Of a stretch of 64,000 nucleotides of DNA, positions 1 through 13,715 are shown one piece after another. The stretch comes from Vicugna vicugna (lineage: Eukaryota). Location: assembly GCA_013265495.1 (NCBI GenBank), contig MU058444.1, forward strand, positions 2,418,001-2,482,000, in the 5' to 3' direction. The notes beneath the pieces were generated by a model, which ran no database searches, had not been told where the DNA came from, and worked only from the letters and a program-made list of their open reading frames with translations. The position numbers were made by a program, and so were the translations under genes. Numbering within the stretch: the first letter of the stretch is position 1; each line of letters begins with the position of its first letter.

Positions 1-2735
1 CAAGAATCTGACAATACTTACATTTTGTTACTTGCTTGTAGGATCTCAAAATCAGTGTGGTTTGCTAACAATACAAAATCAAGCGTACAGCTCTGCATAG
101 AGGCTCAACCACTGATGTTCTTAGGGCCTGCAACGTATTACCATGTGTAACCATTAAAGGAAACTCCAAAAGGCGTTGCCTAATGCATTTCTTAAGTGCC
201 AGAATCATTAAGATGGGAAACAAGAGATCGAGTTTTCTTACGTGCAACTTGTTTCCTAAAACGAAAATAAGCATTCTCTCATTCGGCTGTTCTGATTTGA
301 AGTTGGAAGGGCCTTGCTTGCAGACTCTGTGTACAGTGAGGATGCTGGATCGGGGTGCTGGCTGCACTACAAGTCAGGTGGACTTCGTCAGTCCCTGGCA
401 CTCGGGCTGACAGGTAGCACCTCGTCGCGTGTAGGTAGCTCACAGGTTTCATGATACCGCAGCCCACTGCAGTGAGAGCCCACATTCCCATCCGCTGTGG
501 GGTGGTCTTTGAGGAGAGTTCCGGAGTCTGCCTTGCAGGGCACATCAGGACGGGAATTGTATACCGAATTGCCTCACAGTGGTCTGGTGGAGTAATTTAA
601 AGCAACAGCAAAACTGAATTAACCTCCTGCAAACAGTGGGAGAAATAATTAACAGAAAAGTAGGAAGGTCGTCTTTACTTTCTATTTCTCATTGACTAAG
701 ATTTGTGAGTGAGCTGAAATGGACTGCAGATCCTTGAAACACTCCATAGGCACAGCATAGTAACTAATTTGCCCCAAACTCTGCATTTATAACAACAAAA
801 AGAAACTAAATAGCAGTGATGGTTTTCTGAGCTATTACTTCAGTACAGTTGTTACCATCCTGAGTCTTGCTGCAGCCATTTGTTAAGTTTCAAGTACACA
901 CAAGAACATCATTTATCTCTTTTGGCAGCCAAATGCCGGACTGCCCTGCAGTCGGATTACAGATATTTCTTTTTAGATGCGTTCATTTCTGTTCTTTGCA
1001 TCAGTTTTCTCAAGGATACTAGTAATAAGCAGACTGAGCCATTGAGAGAATGTGGTATTTAGGTTCCATTGTTATTTTCTGATTTGTTTGTTGCTAATTG
1101 ATCATTTCCTTCTCCAAGTAATGGCATGTTATTAATTGTTTCTTACCTGTAAGTTTATGTGACGCTAATGCATTGCAGAATTCAATAAATATTAAATCAG
1201 CCAATCAGTCCTTTTCAGAAGTTAATTTAACAGAATTCATACCTTTTTCCTTATGGTAGGTTTTCATTAAAAAAGAGTAATTGACATCATCTCCAAGTTA
1301 TACATTTAAAGTTTGGGGGTCAGGATGGAGGAGGATTGTCCACAGCCAAATCTTTTAGTCCAAGAAGTGAAAATCAAGATGGAAAGGTATATATATTGTT
1401 TTGACTTTTTATGATAGTTAGCAGTGTCACCCAAGAGAAGACAAAAGCGTCGGGGAAAACAGTTAAGAGAGTTTGCTATCAGGTATGTAGAAGATGATCC
1501 ACCAAGCCCTTTTTCCCTTTAGATTCTCAACCAGATTGAGAACACACAGGAGAAACCAGAAGGAAATTAACACACTAACTTTATTCAGGGTAAAGTCAGG
1601 CTGAAGAGCATGGCTTGGGCTCAAGTCCAAAATGGCACATCTTGGTCCTTTTCCCTAACTCTGCACACCCTCCCAGTCACCCCTGAAGGACTACAGCCCT
1701 TCCCAACACAAGGGCAGGAAGGGCACAAATTCCTAATTGATGGGTTGGGAAGACACATCAGGAAGAAGAGAAATCTCCACCCTAAGCTGTGTTGCGACCA
1801 ATTCAGGGAGAAGGAGGAATTACAGATGACTCATATTTTGAGCCCCAGTGCAGGAAGTTTTGGAGGAAAAGGTGACCAAGCCACACTGAATTGCACACCC
1901 ATTGCAGCAGAGGTGTCAGAGGGCATCCGTGTGAAACTGGACATCCGTGGAAACATGGGTGGAGAGGTCAGAACCAGAGACAGATAGGAGTCACCAGCAT
2001 AAATTCTAGTTGAAGTCATGGACGTGGACGAAATGACTAAGGAAGAGAAAGCGTGGAAAGAATGGAATCGTAGCTTTGGAGACGACGTCCACTTGTAGAC
2101 TGAAGAAAGGGGAGCAGTAGCTCGGTGGGAAGTGCCCTGGTTGAGGGTCTTCCTAGAACAGAGGCACAGCCGGGGAAAGGAGGCTGTGGACGGAGGAGAC
2201 CTCTGGACACCTTCCAGAGAACTGGCTCATCATAGTGGGAGAGGCTGAACCCAGACAGGAATGGGTTGTTGGAGAGAGACCAGGGGGAAAAAAAGAGGCA
2301 AGAGGACTGTCTACAGTCTTTGGAGAAATTTGATTCTAGAAGGCATGGGTAGAAATGCAACTGAGTAAAAGCCAACAAATGTCCTTTTGTCAGGATAGGG
2401 GTGCACTTGTCCTCACGCACCCGAATCTGGTTCCTTCTGCTCTCAAGCTGCTTTTGACTCTGCAGAGTTAAAACTGACCCTGACTAGTGGTGATGGCTCC
2501 CTGCACCTGGGCTCCCTCCACCAACCCTGGCTAGTAGTGCTCAGAATAGAAAAATTTTTAAAGAAAACTAAGGAATATCTTGGAATGTAGCCTAAGTTGT
2601 CTGTGAGTGTCTATTACAAACCTGCATGGGTAGGAAATGAGTAGATTACAGACTGATAATCCCACAAAGACAGTACATTGGAATGTTACCCCCTTGAAAA
2701 CAAAAAGGTTAGCTAAGAATGGCTCTTGCAATGAA

Positions 2736-3334
2736 TTTTTTAATTGAAGTATAGTTGCTTTACAACGTTGTGTTAGTGTCAGGTGTAGAGCAAAGTGATT
2801 CAGTTATACACATACATATATATTCTTTTTCAGATTCTTTTCCATTATAGGTTATTACAAGATATTGAATACAGTTCCCTGTGCTGTACAGTAGGTCTTT
2901 GTTGGTTATCTATTTTATGTATAGTAGCATGTATATGTTAATCCCAAACTCCTGGTTTATCCATCCCCATCACCCCTTTCCCCTTTGATAACCATGTCTG
3001 AGTCTATTTCCAGTTTGTAAATAAGTTCATTTGTATCATTTATTTAAGATACCACATAAAAGTGTTATCACATGATATTTCTCTTTCTCCATCTGACTTA
3101 CTTCACTTATACGATAATCTCTAGGTCCATCCATGTTGCTGCAAATGGCATTATTTTATTCTTTTTTATGGCTGAGTAGTATTCCATTGTATAAATATAC
3201 CACATTTTCTTTATCCAGTCATTTCTCGGTGGACACTTAGGTTGCTTCCAAGCCTTGGCTATTGTGAACATTGGGGTGCATGTATCTTTTTCGAGTTAGA
3301 GCTTTCTCTGGATATATGTTCAGGAGTGGGATTT
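2736..3334 (-). mobile_element. LINE-1 3' fragment
   Basis: tttttaattgaagtatagttg...ccatccatgttgctgcaaatggc...tggacacttaggttgcttcca is typical antisense L1 3'UTR/ORF2 end. Confidence 0.9.
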
Positions 3335-6300
3335 CTAGTGACAAATTATTAGAAATAAATCATAGTGATTTTGAAATGGTAAACGACTTGACCCTAGATG
3401 AAGCTTTTTACTCTCAAAAATCAATGGCATGTGAAGGAATTGGGAGGAATCGAGGAAACGTGTTGTATGCCTGTTTATTCCCAAATGGTTTTCATGACTG
3501 AGACCAGGGCCTGTGCCAACAATGTCTGTGTTCTGGTATTGAAAGGTCAAGGAGCTATGTGGTTTGGGAGAAAGTACCGCATCTGCTGTAATCTTGGGGG
3601 CGATTTCCAGAGTCCAGAATCTTGGAGGGCAGGGGCCACCGCATGGATGGATCATTATTATCTTTTTAAATTTTGAGTTTTTGAAGGAAAAACAATTGTT
3701 ATTTGCAATAGTATCAAATATTATTTTCAGCCACTATATCCCAGGAAAGGATTTATAATTATTTTACCATAATAAAATACTTTTAAAATAACTTAAAGGT
3801 ATCATTGTAAGAAAAAATATTGCCAACAGGATCATCCCAAATTGTCCTTTTAACATTTTGGAAATTTTAGGGCCTAATTAGGATTTCTTGTCCTACGAGT
3901 TGCAAAATCCTTGATAAAGCTGGTGGGGGGGGGGCGATGTTCTTTTTTGTGAGCATTACAGACTTTTTTCAAAAGTCTGCTGAGTTTGAGAGTTTGAAAA
4001 ACATCAATAGAATTGAATTCATCTACTCTCTAATGCTTTGCAGACAGTTTTTAGAAAGTAGTCATTTATTATCCACAAGCAAATCGAATTCATTTATATA
4101 GTTTCCACATTGAGTGTGGGATTAGTCATGCAGCAAAATTCTGAGTCATTTGACCAGAAAATTTACTCATGGTTGTATGAACCGCCAGTGGAAAAGTGGA
4201 GAGCTCTTCATAAGTCAAATTACAAAGCTCTCGGAGTTATAAATCACGGAGCCGCCTTGTTCATTATGATTCAGAGAGTGTAAAGTATTTCCATTTCTAA
4301 AACGGGCAACTTACGAAGCAAGTTTGAAAGCTGAAGTCATTGCTAAGTTCTTAATTAACTAATGTTTATGAATTAAATCCCAGATTGTCTTAATACAATG
4401 ACAGTAATATTTAGTAGCTAAATTATCTCCATTTCTTACAATAATGTTTTGTAGGACTTTTGCATTAAATGTTGGGTGGTAATAGATCTGTATGCTAATA
4501 CATCGCGGTGCGGAGAACCTGACGGAATGTCCCTAAAAGAGCAGAGGTAGCAAGTGCACCAAGGAGAATGAGAACAGCGATGAGGAAAAGATGTTTCAAT
4601 GACACACAGTTCCAGAGGGTATTGAAATTATCCCAGTGTCATAATATCCCATGGATCTAGCAACAGAAAGAAAAGCCAGTCTTAAAATGTCTTCGTGGCT
4701 CCAAAATACTTTTTAGAGTAAAACAGGGGAATGAGTAGCAAACAGACTAAATGAGAATAAAGTTTCTGTTTCAAAGAAGAAAGCCAAAAACCTAAAGTCT
4801 GCTTTTGCTGGCCCTGTCTCTGCTGTGGGAGTTTGTAACCAATTGATGAACAGGATTCTTGGGACCTGAAATTATGCATAAAACTGTGGGTCTCTTTAGG
4901 GGGACATGACCCATAGTTTTCACCAGGTTCTTAAGGACAGAAACAGAGAATCATCAGAACCTTACACATGCGCACAGATAACAAGGCTCCTGCAGCATCA
5001 AATCATTCTCCCGCTGCATCAGCACCACATCACCTGAGTACCTCCCCTGAGACTGGGAGAAGGGGCTGGAGCACCATCAGTCTAGGATGAGCAGAGGAAG
5101 CCCTCAGCTCTAACCCACAGAGGTTCAGGGACATGTCCCCAATACAAGCAGATGCCGCCCACCCTCTGACTAAGTGGAGACAGTGCGCTGTGAGTTTCCT
5201 TGTCCTCTTGCAAGATTGGGAGAGGGACAAATGAGTTCCCTCATTACCTTTCATTGGGATGTCGGTTCTAACTCTGAGAAGGGAGACCGTGTTAACTACC
5301 TAGGACCACTCCACAGGCTTCTGCCACGGGAAGAAGGGCTGACTTGATTCCTGGGCTGCCTTCAGGCCAATTAAGTGTCCCAACTTCAATCTAGATGTTT
5401 GACTGGATAAGCCCATTTTTGAGCGAAAAACACTGGTCCTAAAATTTAGTCTTGAGCTCACAGTCTGCAAGGATCTCCATAGTCTTAAGGCTTAAAAGAG
5501 CGGCAGAAGGACTCCCAGAAACTATTCCTACACATCCTGTGCATGTAGCAGCTTTCCTCCTAAATCTGCTCCAAGCCACAGCTTGTAAGGCTTTTCAACA
5601 TTCAGCCTTCCCCAGAGATCTGGGAACTGGATCCCGCCAGGATAACTGGGTTCCTGCCTGCGGTATGGAAGACCGCCCATCCATCCCATTATCTCTGATC
5701 TTCCACACTTGCCATGCCTTCCTCCAACTCCCCCCGCCACCACTACATTCTCAGGACGCTAGGTCCTAATGTCCCATCACTGCCATCATACTGTCACACC
5801 ACAAGGCTCATTGTTTTCATCCTGTGACTTCCTCACTCCAAGTCCAGTTTCCAGGGTGTCCTGATCTCTCCATCTGGCTGGTTCTATTTCCTCCAAGTTC
5901 CCTTCTGACCCTATATGCTGGGAAGGGTTTAGTGTAAAACATCCACGCAGTCCACACAGAGACTTGCAACCAATGCCATTCCCTGAGGGTCCCAGATCCG
6001 TCTGGTCTAGCAGGCACTGTTCTTTGCACAATTTTGTTCTGTGGCCGTCTGTAGTGAGGTGGGAACCCACCATGAGAAGATACTGCAGGGCCACAATTAG
6101 TGTCCCCCACCTCATGGTCATCTGCTGCATGGTGAGCTGTTGGGAGCCTGGGTCTTGGTGCCTGGATTCAGGGCATTAGCAGCACCCTGTGAGTTGGCTG
6201 GTATGACCACTGTTCACCTCTGCCCAGCACTCAAGGGCACAGGACAACACGCTCTGGACTTCCTCATTGCGGAATGTAGTGTTGCTTCAACACAGTACCA

Positions 6301-6422
6301 AGGAATGTTAGAGCAAGAAAATTATTGATAAGGGGGACAGGGGCAAACCAGTTAAGATGATTTATTGAATAAATTATCTGAAATATGACTCAACAGTTAA
6401 TTATGTTTAGACCTAAACTTTC

Positions 6423-6584
6423 TTCTTTTTTTAATTTATTTTTGGGAGGGGAGGTCATTAGGTCTATTTATTTATTTATCATTAGTTTATTTTTTATTTT
6501 TTAATGGAGGTACTGAGGATTGAACTCAGGACCTCGTGCATGCTAAGCACATGCTCTACCACTTGAGCTATACCTCCCCCCCAA
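6423..6584 (-). mobile_element. tRNA-Ala-derived SINE (camelid Vic-1 type)
   Basis: Reverse complement reads GGGAGGTATAGCTCAAGTGGTAGAGCATGTGCTTAGCATGCACGAGGTCCTGAGTTCAATCC plus an AT tail. TSD acctaaactttc at 6411-6422 and 6585-6596. Confidence 0.9.
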
Positions 6585-7503
6585 ACCTAAACTTTCAAGA
6601 CTATTAAAGTACAAAATTAATAGAGATATTGGTAAATGGTAAACACCTACTTCATTAGGGTATGATATTAATATAGAGTGCAATGGGGCAGAGAGTTCAA
6701 AGAGAAATTAGCTTGTCCTTCCACATTATAATTGGTAAGATAACTTTCATATTTGAAAGTTGAATCACTCCTGATTTTTATGCAGAGACATTGATTCTTC
6801 GCTCAGAATTATTACATTCTGTGAGTTTTTAAAATCGGTCTAAAACTTAATCACGTTCTAGAATACGGTTACTTGGAGCCAAAAGAATAATGATCTCATC
6901 TGGCACTCAACTTTCAAGATGAATAGAATGTTCTCCATTAATTAAAAAAATGTTAAGTGGAAGATGATCTTACATGCCTTAACAGTTATCCTAAAACAGA
7001 ACTTTTAATTGGCTCTGACTCTCCTTTCCGCTTAACTCTGCATCTGTGTTTCTGATAGATGGGGAAAAGGCACATAACTATGGGGAGTTGAGGGGAGGAC
7101 ATGTAATAATAGAAGAAGAGGCGAGGGGAAGACATTCACAAAACCCGGTATTCATTAGAAAAGACTCTGGAGGCCTTAGAAGCGTAGGGCAACTTTCCCA
7201 GGGCTCCTCTGAGCTTTGCTGCACTTTGCTGTGCAGACTCTCAGGCGGTTCCAAACGCGGCGGCAGGCTTTCCGTAGACTTGATGGGGACAGGCGACACC
7301 GTGGAGACCGTCTTCCTCGGCTCCCAGCCTGTGACGTTCGTGCCCTCCTCTGTCGATGCCCCTCCCTGAACGCATCGAGATGACAGTGAGCCCGTCTCAG
7401 CGTCGTACTGCAGATCAGACGGAGCCTGGGTCGCTTAGCACCTGCCTGTCTTGCCGGGTCAGGAGCAGCAGAGAGAGACTCTGGCTCCAGATGAGGAAGC
7501 CGG

Positions 7504-7868
7504 TGTCTTTGTCTGTTCAGGCTGCCTTCACAAAATACCAGAGACGGCGTGGCTGATAAACAACGGGAATCTATTTCACAAGCTCTTGGAGGCCGGGGGT
7601 CAGAGATCGGAGTGCCTGCCTGGTCGGGTTCCGGTAAAGGTCGTCTTCCAGGCTGCAGACTGCCGACTTTGCACTGTGTCCTCACGTGGCAGAAGGGGCT
7701 AGGGATCTCTCGGAGCCTCTTTTATGGGAGCACTCATCCCGTTCATGAGGGCCTGCCCCACATCATGACCTAATCACCTCCCAAAGGGCCCACGGCCTGA
7801 CACCATCACCTGCAAGCGTTAGGATTTCAATGTATGGATTTGGGGAGGGACCCATTCGGACCACAGCA
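7504..7868. mobile_element. MaLR LTR (MLT1A-like)
   Basis: ttcaggctgcc...aaaatacca...catgacctaatcacctcccaaagg...ggatttcaa...cattcggaccacagca matches recalled MLT1 features. Confidence 0.75.
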
Positions 7869-9532
7869 GCAGGGATTACGGAAACCAGGAGGATCAGTGC
7901 TGTAGCTCAGAGCAGTCAGAATGGAAACTTACCAGCTGTCTGCCCAAAGGGAGAGGGGGCCAGGGTCCACTGAGAGCCTCAGTTCCCCCGGTTCCCTCAT
8001 CTGTAAAGTGTGAATAAGCCTTGTACCCACCCTGGAGAGCGACTGTGAGGATTAAATGAAGCGGCACAGGTTAAATGCGTAGAAATATACCTTACACGTA
8101 GTAAGCACTCAGTAATTGTTAGCTGTCTTTTTCTTGTTATTAAGAGAAGGAGATAGGATAGGGAAGATCTGAGGATGTCCAATAGGGCAGGATAGGGAGC
8201 TAAACGAATTCCTTTCCCACATCACAGTGACATGCATGACAACGTGTGACATCACAGCTTATTGGTAACACTGGCTTTAGTAAAAGTACATCCACAAACT
8301 CTGGCCGGATGAGACTGCTTCCCTTTCCTTTCCCATCATGGGACGTTGAAAGTGGTTCAGGTCTAAAGTCCCTCAGACACAGTTAGGATTTCTTAGGTTC
8401 CTGCGCTGTCTCCAGTCCAGTCCAAGTCACACACAATGGAGTTGGCAGCACGGCTCAGTCCTCCTAACGTGTACTGATCATCTTTTTAATCAGGGTATTT
8501 CTGGATACAACTTGGACATTGAAACCATGTTAAATGTCTTTTGGAAATAGAGAGAGAGAGACAAGAGTGAGTTGAAATGCTCGCCAGAGTTATTAGTAAA
8601 ACCCAGGAATTTCTATCTAGAAGTCAAGAACACTGGGATGAGATCGCTCTGCTCAGTAGAGCGCTGTGGGTACTTACAGGAGAAGGCACCCAGTCATTCA
8701 GAGTCACTCAGATCTTGATCTGCCTTCCTCTAGTAAATACATAATTTAATAAAAATAAATAAATATGGACATCTCCCTCCACCATGTCCCACCTGGCCAG
8801 AGGCTGAGCTGAAACTAGTAGCCCATTTCACAGAGAACGTTAAGCCAGCCACTGAATATTTAGAATTACTTTGACAGTATTGTCCTGGGATTTTGGAGCG
8901 CAGAGAGGAGGCTTCAGCTTATAATCTGACTTGAGTACTGCAAAGGGACCTATTATGTCTATACATTCCAAAACTGATACATATTAGAAAACAATCGAAA
9001 ACTTTTAGCTATTATGAAAGTTTATGAAATTATAGGGGTTTTTTTTGTAGTCCTGTACTTGCCTTTCAGGGTTTTTATTTAATTCATAACAGAGAATTTA
9101 TATTTAAATACAAAAGTGGATGAGATACCTGAATTATATTTTGATTTTCATTTAGTTTCCTTAAATTTGATCATTTTTGTTTTTTAGAATTTCAGAGGTG
9201 GCTTTTGCATTTTTGAATCCTGCATTAATTGTATCACTGACATATTAAAAGTAAACTTAAATGCATTTTTTAATTAAATTCATTTGCTTTCATTGGCTGC
9301 AAGGTTCCCCTTTCTCTATACCTTATTTCTCAGCTATGTTTTTCACAATTTGGATGTTCCTTAGAACATTGTTTTTCAACTATGAGTTATAACATATTAG
9401 TGAGTTGTGAAATCAATGTAATGTGCTGTGATCGGCATTGGTTAAAATGAAATAAAATATAGTAGACAGAATAGAAACTCAGAGAATGCATCACATGTGG
9501 TAGGGTATGCTCCGTGAAATTTTGTTTTAGGG

Positions 9533-9566
9533 GTGTGTGTGTGTGTGTGTGGGTGTGTGTGTGTGT
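9533..9566. repeat. (GT)n microsatellite
   Basis: Direct reading. Confidence 0.95.
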
Positions 9567-10125
9567 TTTCTGTATCAAAACATAGTATGTAAAAAAAAAA
9601 CATAGTATGTATATTTTCCTGTGAGCTACAATCAAAAAAGATTGAAAGCCATTGGCTTATATTATTCATCCAACCACATATCTTGGAGCAAAGGTATTAT
9701 TTAATCTCATCCCCTATAACTACTTGGAGAATTATTTACGTAGTTTCTGTTAGCAAAAAAATAAAAATAAAAAATAAAGAGGAGAAGATAACTACATGGT
9801 GATTTTTTTTTTTACTAACTATAGAAACTAGCAGTGTTTACTGTATAGCCATATTCACAATATACCTTCTGAATTTGCTAATTGGCAGGTAATATGAACA
9901 TTGAATCACCTGTTTGTGGAGGTTACAATAGTGGCCTGAAATCTCCTGAAAAGTAGTCATTTTAAAAGAGGTCTGATATGTCCATTCTGGTTGGTCTTGA
10001 ACGAATTATGTGTTTGTGAAGAAACTGGAGAATTTGCTCTTTAACTAAACCATATCAGCAGGAGAAGATTTTAGTATAGTTAAGGATATTATGCAAACTA
10101 TGTTTCTGTAAGCAAATTTTTCCCA

Positions 10126-10332
10126 TTTTTTTTTACTGTGGTAAAAACACATAGCATCAAATTTACACCTTAACTCATTTTTAAGTGTATATAGTGCAGG
10201 AGCATAAGGCACGGTCACATTGTTGTGCAACCATCACCACCATCTGTCTCCAGAACTCTTCATCTTGCAAACATGAAACTCTATACCCATTAATCAGTAA
10301 TTTCCCAGTCCCCTTTCCCCCTCAGCCCTGGG
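10126..10332 (-). mobile_element. Old LINE-1 (L1M-type) 3' fragment
   Basis: cacattgttgtgcaaccatcaccaccatc...gaaactctatacccattaa is an antisense L1M 3' end motif. Confidence 0.75.
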
Positions 10333-11380
10333 CTTATTTAGTAATATTGTGCATTTAAGTAAGGCACTGGGGAGGAAGATGTTAAAGCAGATGGCCTGCT
10401 CTCCGGGAAAAGGAATGAAGAGGAAAGAAAATAAAGCAGGTGATATAGCTTAACTCCTTTTAAATATGGTAACTGAGCCCCTAGGTCAGGGTTGAGCAAG
10501 CTGCTCCTTGTCTGCCTGCCTCCTGTTTTTGTACAGCCTGTAAATTAATAGGTTTTACAGTTTTAAACAGTTGAAATAAATCAGTATAAGAATAGCATGT
10601 TGACACATTGTGACTGACTATATTTCAATTTTTAAAAAATAGCATATCATGATATGTGAAAATGACATACAATGCAAGTTTCAGTGTCCACAAATAAAGT
10701 TTTATTGGAACACATCCACACTTCTGTGTTTGCAGATTGCCTGTGGCCGCTTTCCTGCTCTAGGGGCAGAGCTGAGTAGTTGTGACGGAGACCACGTGCG
10801 GCGGCCTCATCACTCCACACTGCTGCTCAGTGCGGCACAGATCACAGGCAACTGTAATAAGGCAACACTGTGTTAGCGCCCTGCATATTGTCATACGGTT
10901 GTATGAGATTTTATTTTTTATTACCAGTGCCTGCCAAAGCAAGGAAAGAAAGAAAAAGCTAGACCCAGTGCTTTTAAAGCAGAGTGGAGTATGGGTTATT
11001 TTGTTATCAAATTAGAAGGCAGCGCATTTTGTGTATTATAGAGTGACACTGTAGCTGTACTAAAAGAACAGGCTATATGTCAACATTACTGAACTCAGCA
11101 CTCATCACAGTATTTCCAGCTCACAGGACAGCCAGTCCGAAACGCTAGATAATTTAAAATGAAATATCACAGCAGAATTTTATCACAGAAATTAAAAATG
11201 AAAATGATTCTATAACCAAAATGTTTCTGAGTGGTTCATTTGTTAGCCAAACAAGGAAGGACATTTACCTATAGTGAGTTAATTAAATTGTGCTTTATTG
11301 CAGTAGCAATATTCACAGGGCTGGGCAACAAGCACCAGTTTTTTAAAAACATTTTTGTCCCTATTAAAAGAAACCCTAAT

Positions 11381-11540
11381 TGAGGGTGAGGAGGATATAG
11401 CTCAGTGGTAGAGCATGTGCTTGGCATGCACGAGGTCCTGGGTTCAATCCCCAGTACCGCCATTAAAAATAAATAAATAAGTCAATAAATAAATACCTAA
11501 TCGCCTGCACCACAAAAAATAAGACAAAAAAATTTAATAA
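11381..11540 (+). mobile_element. tRNA-Ala-derived SINE (Vic-1 type)
   Basis: Pol III A box (tagctcagtggtag) and B box (ggttcaatcc), (TAAA)n tail. TSD-like aaaagaaa(c/t)ccta(a/g)t. Confidence 0.9.
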
Positions 11541-11550
11541 AAAAGAAATC

Positions 11551-12270
11551 CTAGTGGGAATGCAATTTGGTATAGCCACTATGAAAAACAGTATGGAGAT
11601 TCCTTTAAAAACTAAAAATAGAGTTACCATATGATCCCACAATCCCACCCCTGGGCATATATTTGGAGAAAACTGTCATTTGAAAAGATATATGTGCCCC
11701 AATGTTCACAGCAGTACTATTTACAATAGCCAAGACATGGAAACAGCCTAAATGTCCTTCGACAGATGATTGGATAAAGAAGTTGTGAGATATATATATC
11801 TATCTCTATATATACAGATATAGAGATAGATATATATATCTCAGCCAGAAAAGAATGAAATAATGCTATCTGCAACAACATGGATGGACCTAGAGATTAT
11901 CATACTAAGTGAAGTAAGTCAGACAGAGAAAGATGAATATCACATGATATCACTTATATGTGGAATCTGAAAAAATGAGACAAATGAATTTATTTACAGA
12001 ACAGACTCGCAGACAGAAAACAAACTTATGGTTACCAAAGTTTAAAGGTGTGGAGGATCAATTAGGAGTTTGGGGTTAGTAGATACAGATTACTATATAT
12101 AAAACACATAAACAACAAGGTCCTTACTGTATAGCACAGGGAACTATATTCAATATCTTGTAATAACCTATAATGAAAAAGAATATGTATGTACAACTCA
12201 ATTACTATACTGTACACCTGAAACTAACACAACATTGTAAATCAACTATACTCAATTAAAATTTAAAAAA
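11551..12270 (+). mobile_element. LINE-1 3' fragment (sense)
   Basis: L1 ORF2 end/3'UTR (atggatggacctagagattatcatactaagtgaagtaagtcaga...aacattgtaaatcaactatactcaattaaaa). Confidence 0.9.
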
Positions 12271-13715
12271 CCTATACCCATTAGCAGGCATTCCTTCCTC
12301 TGCTCCCAAATTTCTCACCCCTAAGAAACCACTAATCTATTTTCTGTCTCTATAAATTTGACAGTTCTTGACATTTCGTATAAAGGGGACTCACACAACG
12401 TGTGGTCTTTTGTGACTGATGTCTTCTACTTAGTGTAACGTTTCCAAGGCTCACTCATGTCATAGCTTGCCTTGGAACCTCATTTCTTATTGCTGCTGAG
12501 CCATATTTCACTGTACGGATTTATTACATTCTATTTACCTCTTCGTGAGTTGATAGACATTGGGGTTTTTCCACTTTTTAGGGGTTATGAATAACACTGC
12601 TATGAACATTTGTGTACAAGCTTCGTGTGGATGTATGTTTTCATTTCTGTTGGGTATATACTTAAGAGTGGAACTGATATGTCATATGGTGACTCAATAT
12701 TTAACTTTTGGGGGAACTCCCATATTGTTTTCCAAAATGCCTGCACTATTTTACAATCCTACCAACAAAATGTAAGGGCTTCGATTTCCCCCTTTACCAT
12801 CACTTTTTGTTTTCTGTCTTTTTTGAGTATAGCCGTCTCAGTGGCCATGAGGAGGCGTCTCGTAGTGTTTGTGAGCATTTCTGTAGCGATTAATGATACT
12901 GAGCATCTTTTCATGTGCTTATTGGCTATTTGTATATCGTCTTTGAAGAAGTGTCTGTTTAAATCCTTTGTCCATTTAAAACATTGGGTTGTCTTTTTAC
13001 CATTGCAAGAGTTCTTTATATATCTTGTATACATGTCCCTTATGAGATCTGTTTTCAAATATTTTTTCAGATTGTGTAGGTTGTCTTTTTACTTTCTTGA
13101 TGGTATTAATGTAATAACAAATTACAAGGCAAAGCAAGTAATTATATGGAAAACTTACACTGAGGAGGTAAAGTCATTTCAGGAACAACCAAGGTGTGAC
13201 TCATAAGTATGATTTGTGAAAATGTTTTTGTTGTCATATCTGTGAAATCATCGCCTAACCCAAGATCACAGAATTTACCCCGATGTTTTCTTCTAAGAGT
13301 TTATGGTTTTAGTTCGTACGTTTAGGTCTATGATCTAAAATTACATTTTGAGTTAATTTGTGTGTCTGTTGTGAGGTGGGATTCCTTTTGCATATGAATA
13401 TTCACTTGTTCCAGCACCATCTGTTGCAAAGATTCTTCTTTTCCTCATTTAATTGTCTCGGCATTCTTGTCAAAAACTAACTGACCATATATGTAAGGAT
13501 TTAGTTCTGGACTCTTAATTCTGTTCCAGTGATTTACATGTCAATCCTTTTACAGTACCACACTGTCTTAACTTCTGTAGCTTTGTGGTAAGGTTTCAAA
13601 TAGGGAAGTGTAAGTCTTCCAAGTTTCTTCTTTTTTAAGACTGTTTTGGCCATTTTGAATCTCTTGCATTTCCACATAAGTTTTGAGGCCATCTTGGCAA
13701 TTTCTGAAAATACCA
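12271..13715 (-). mobile_element. Older LINE-1 (L1M-type), antisense ORF2 3' part and 3'UTR
   Basis: Minus-strand ORFs 12759..13058 (KWTKDLNRHFFKDDIQIANKHMKRCS) and 13534..13716 (LTLPYLKPYHKATEVKTVWY) are L1 ORF2 motifs. Confidence 0.88.

Noticed and set aside
65..545. Overlapping short ORFs, possible processed pseudogene
   Set aside because: No recognisable protein similarity, poly(A) tail or TSD.
7046..7500. CpG-retaining patch with acceptor-like tttctgatag and several ORFs
   Set aside because: No recognisable protein and no convincing donor in frame with BEND6; insufficient support for an exon.
12610..13206. 198 aa hydrophobic ORF
   Set aside because: Antisense L1 ORF2 sequence plus the duplicated transposase fragment; not a gene.
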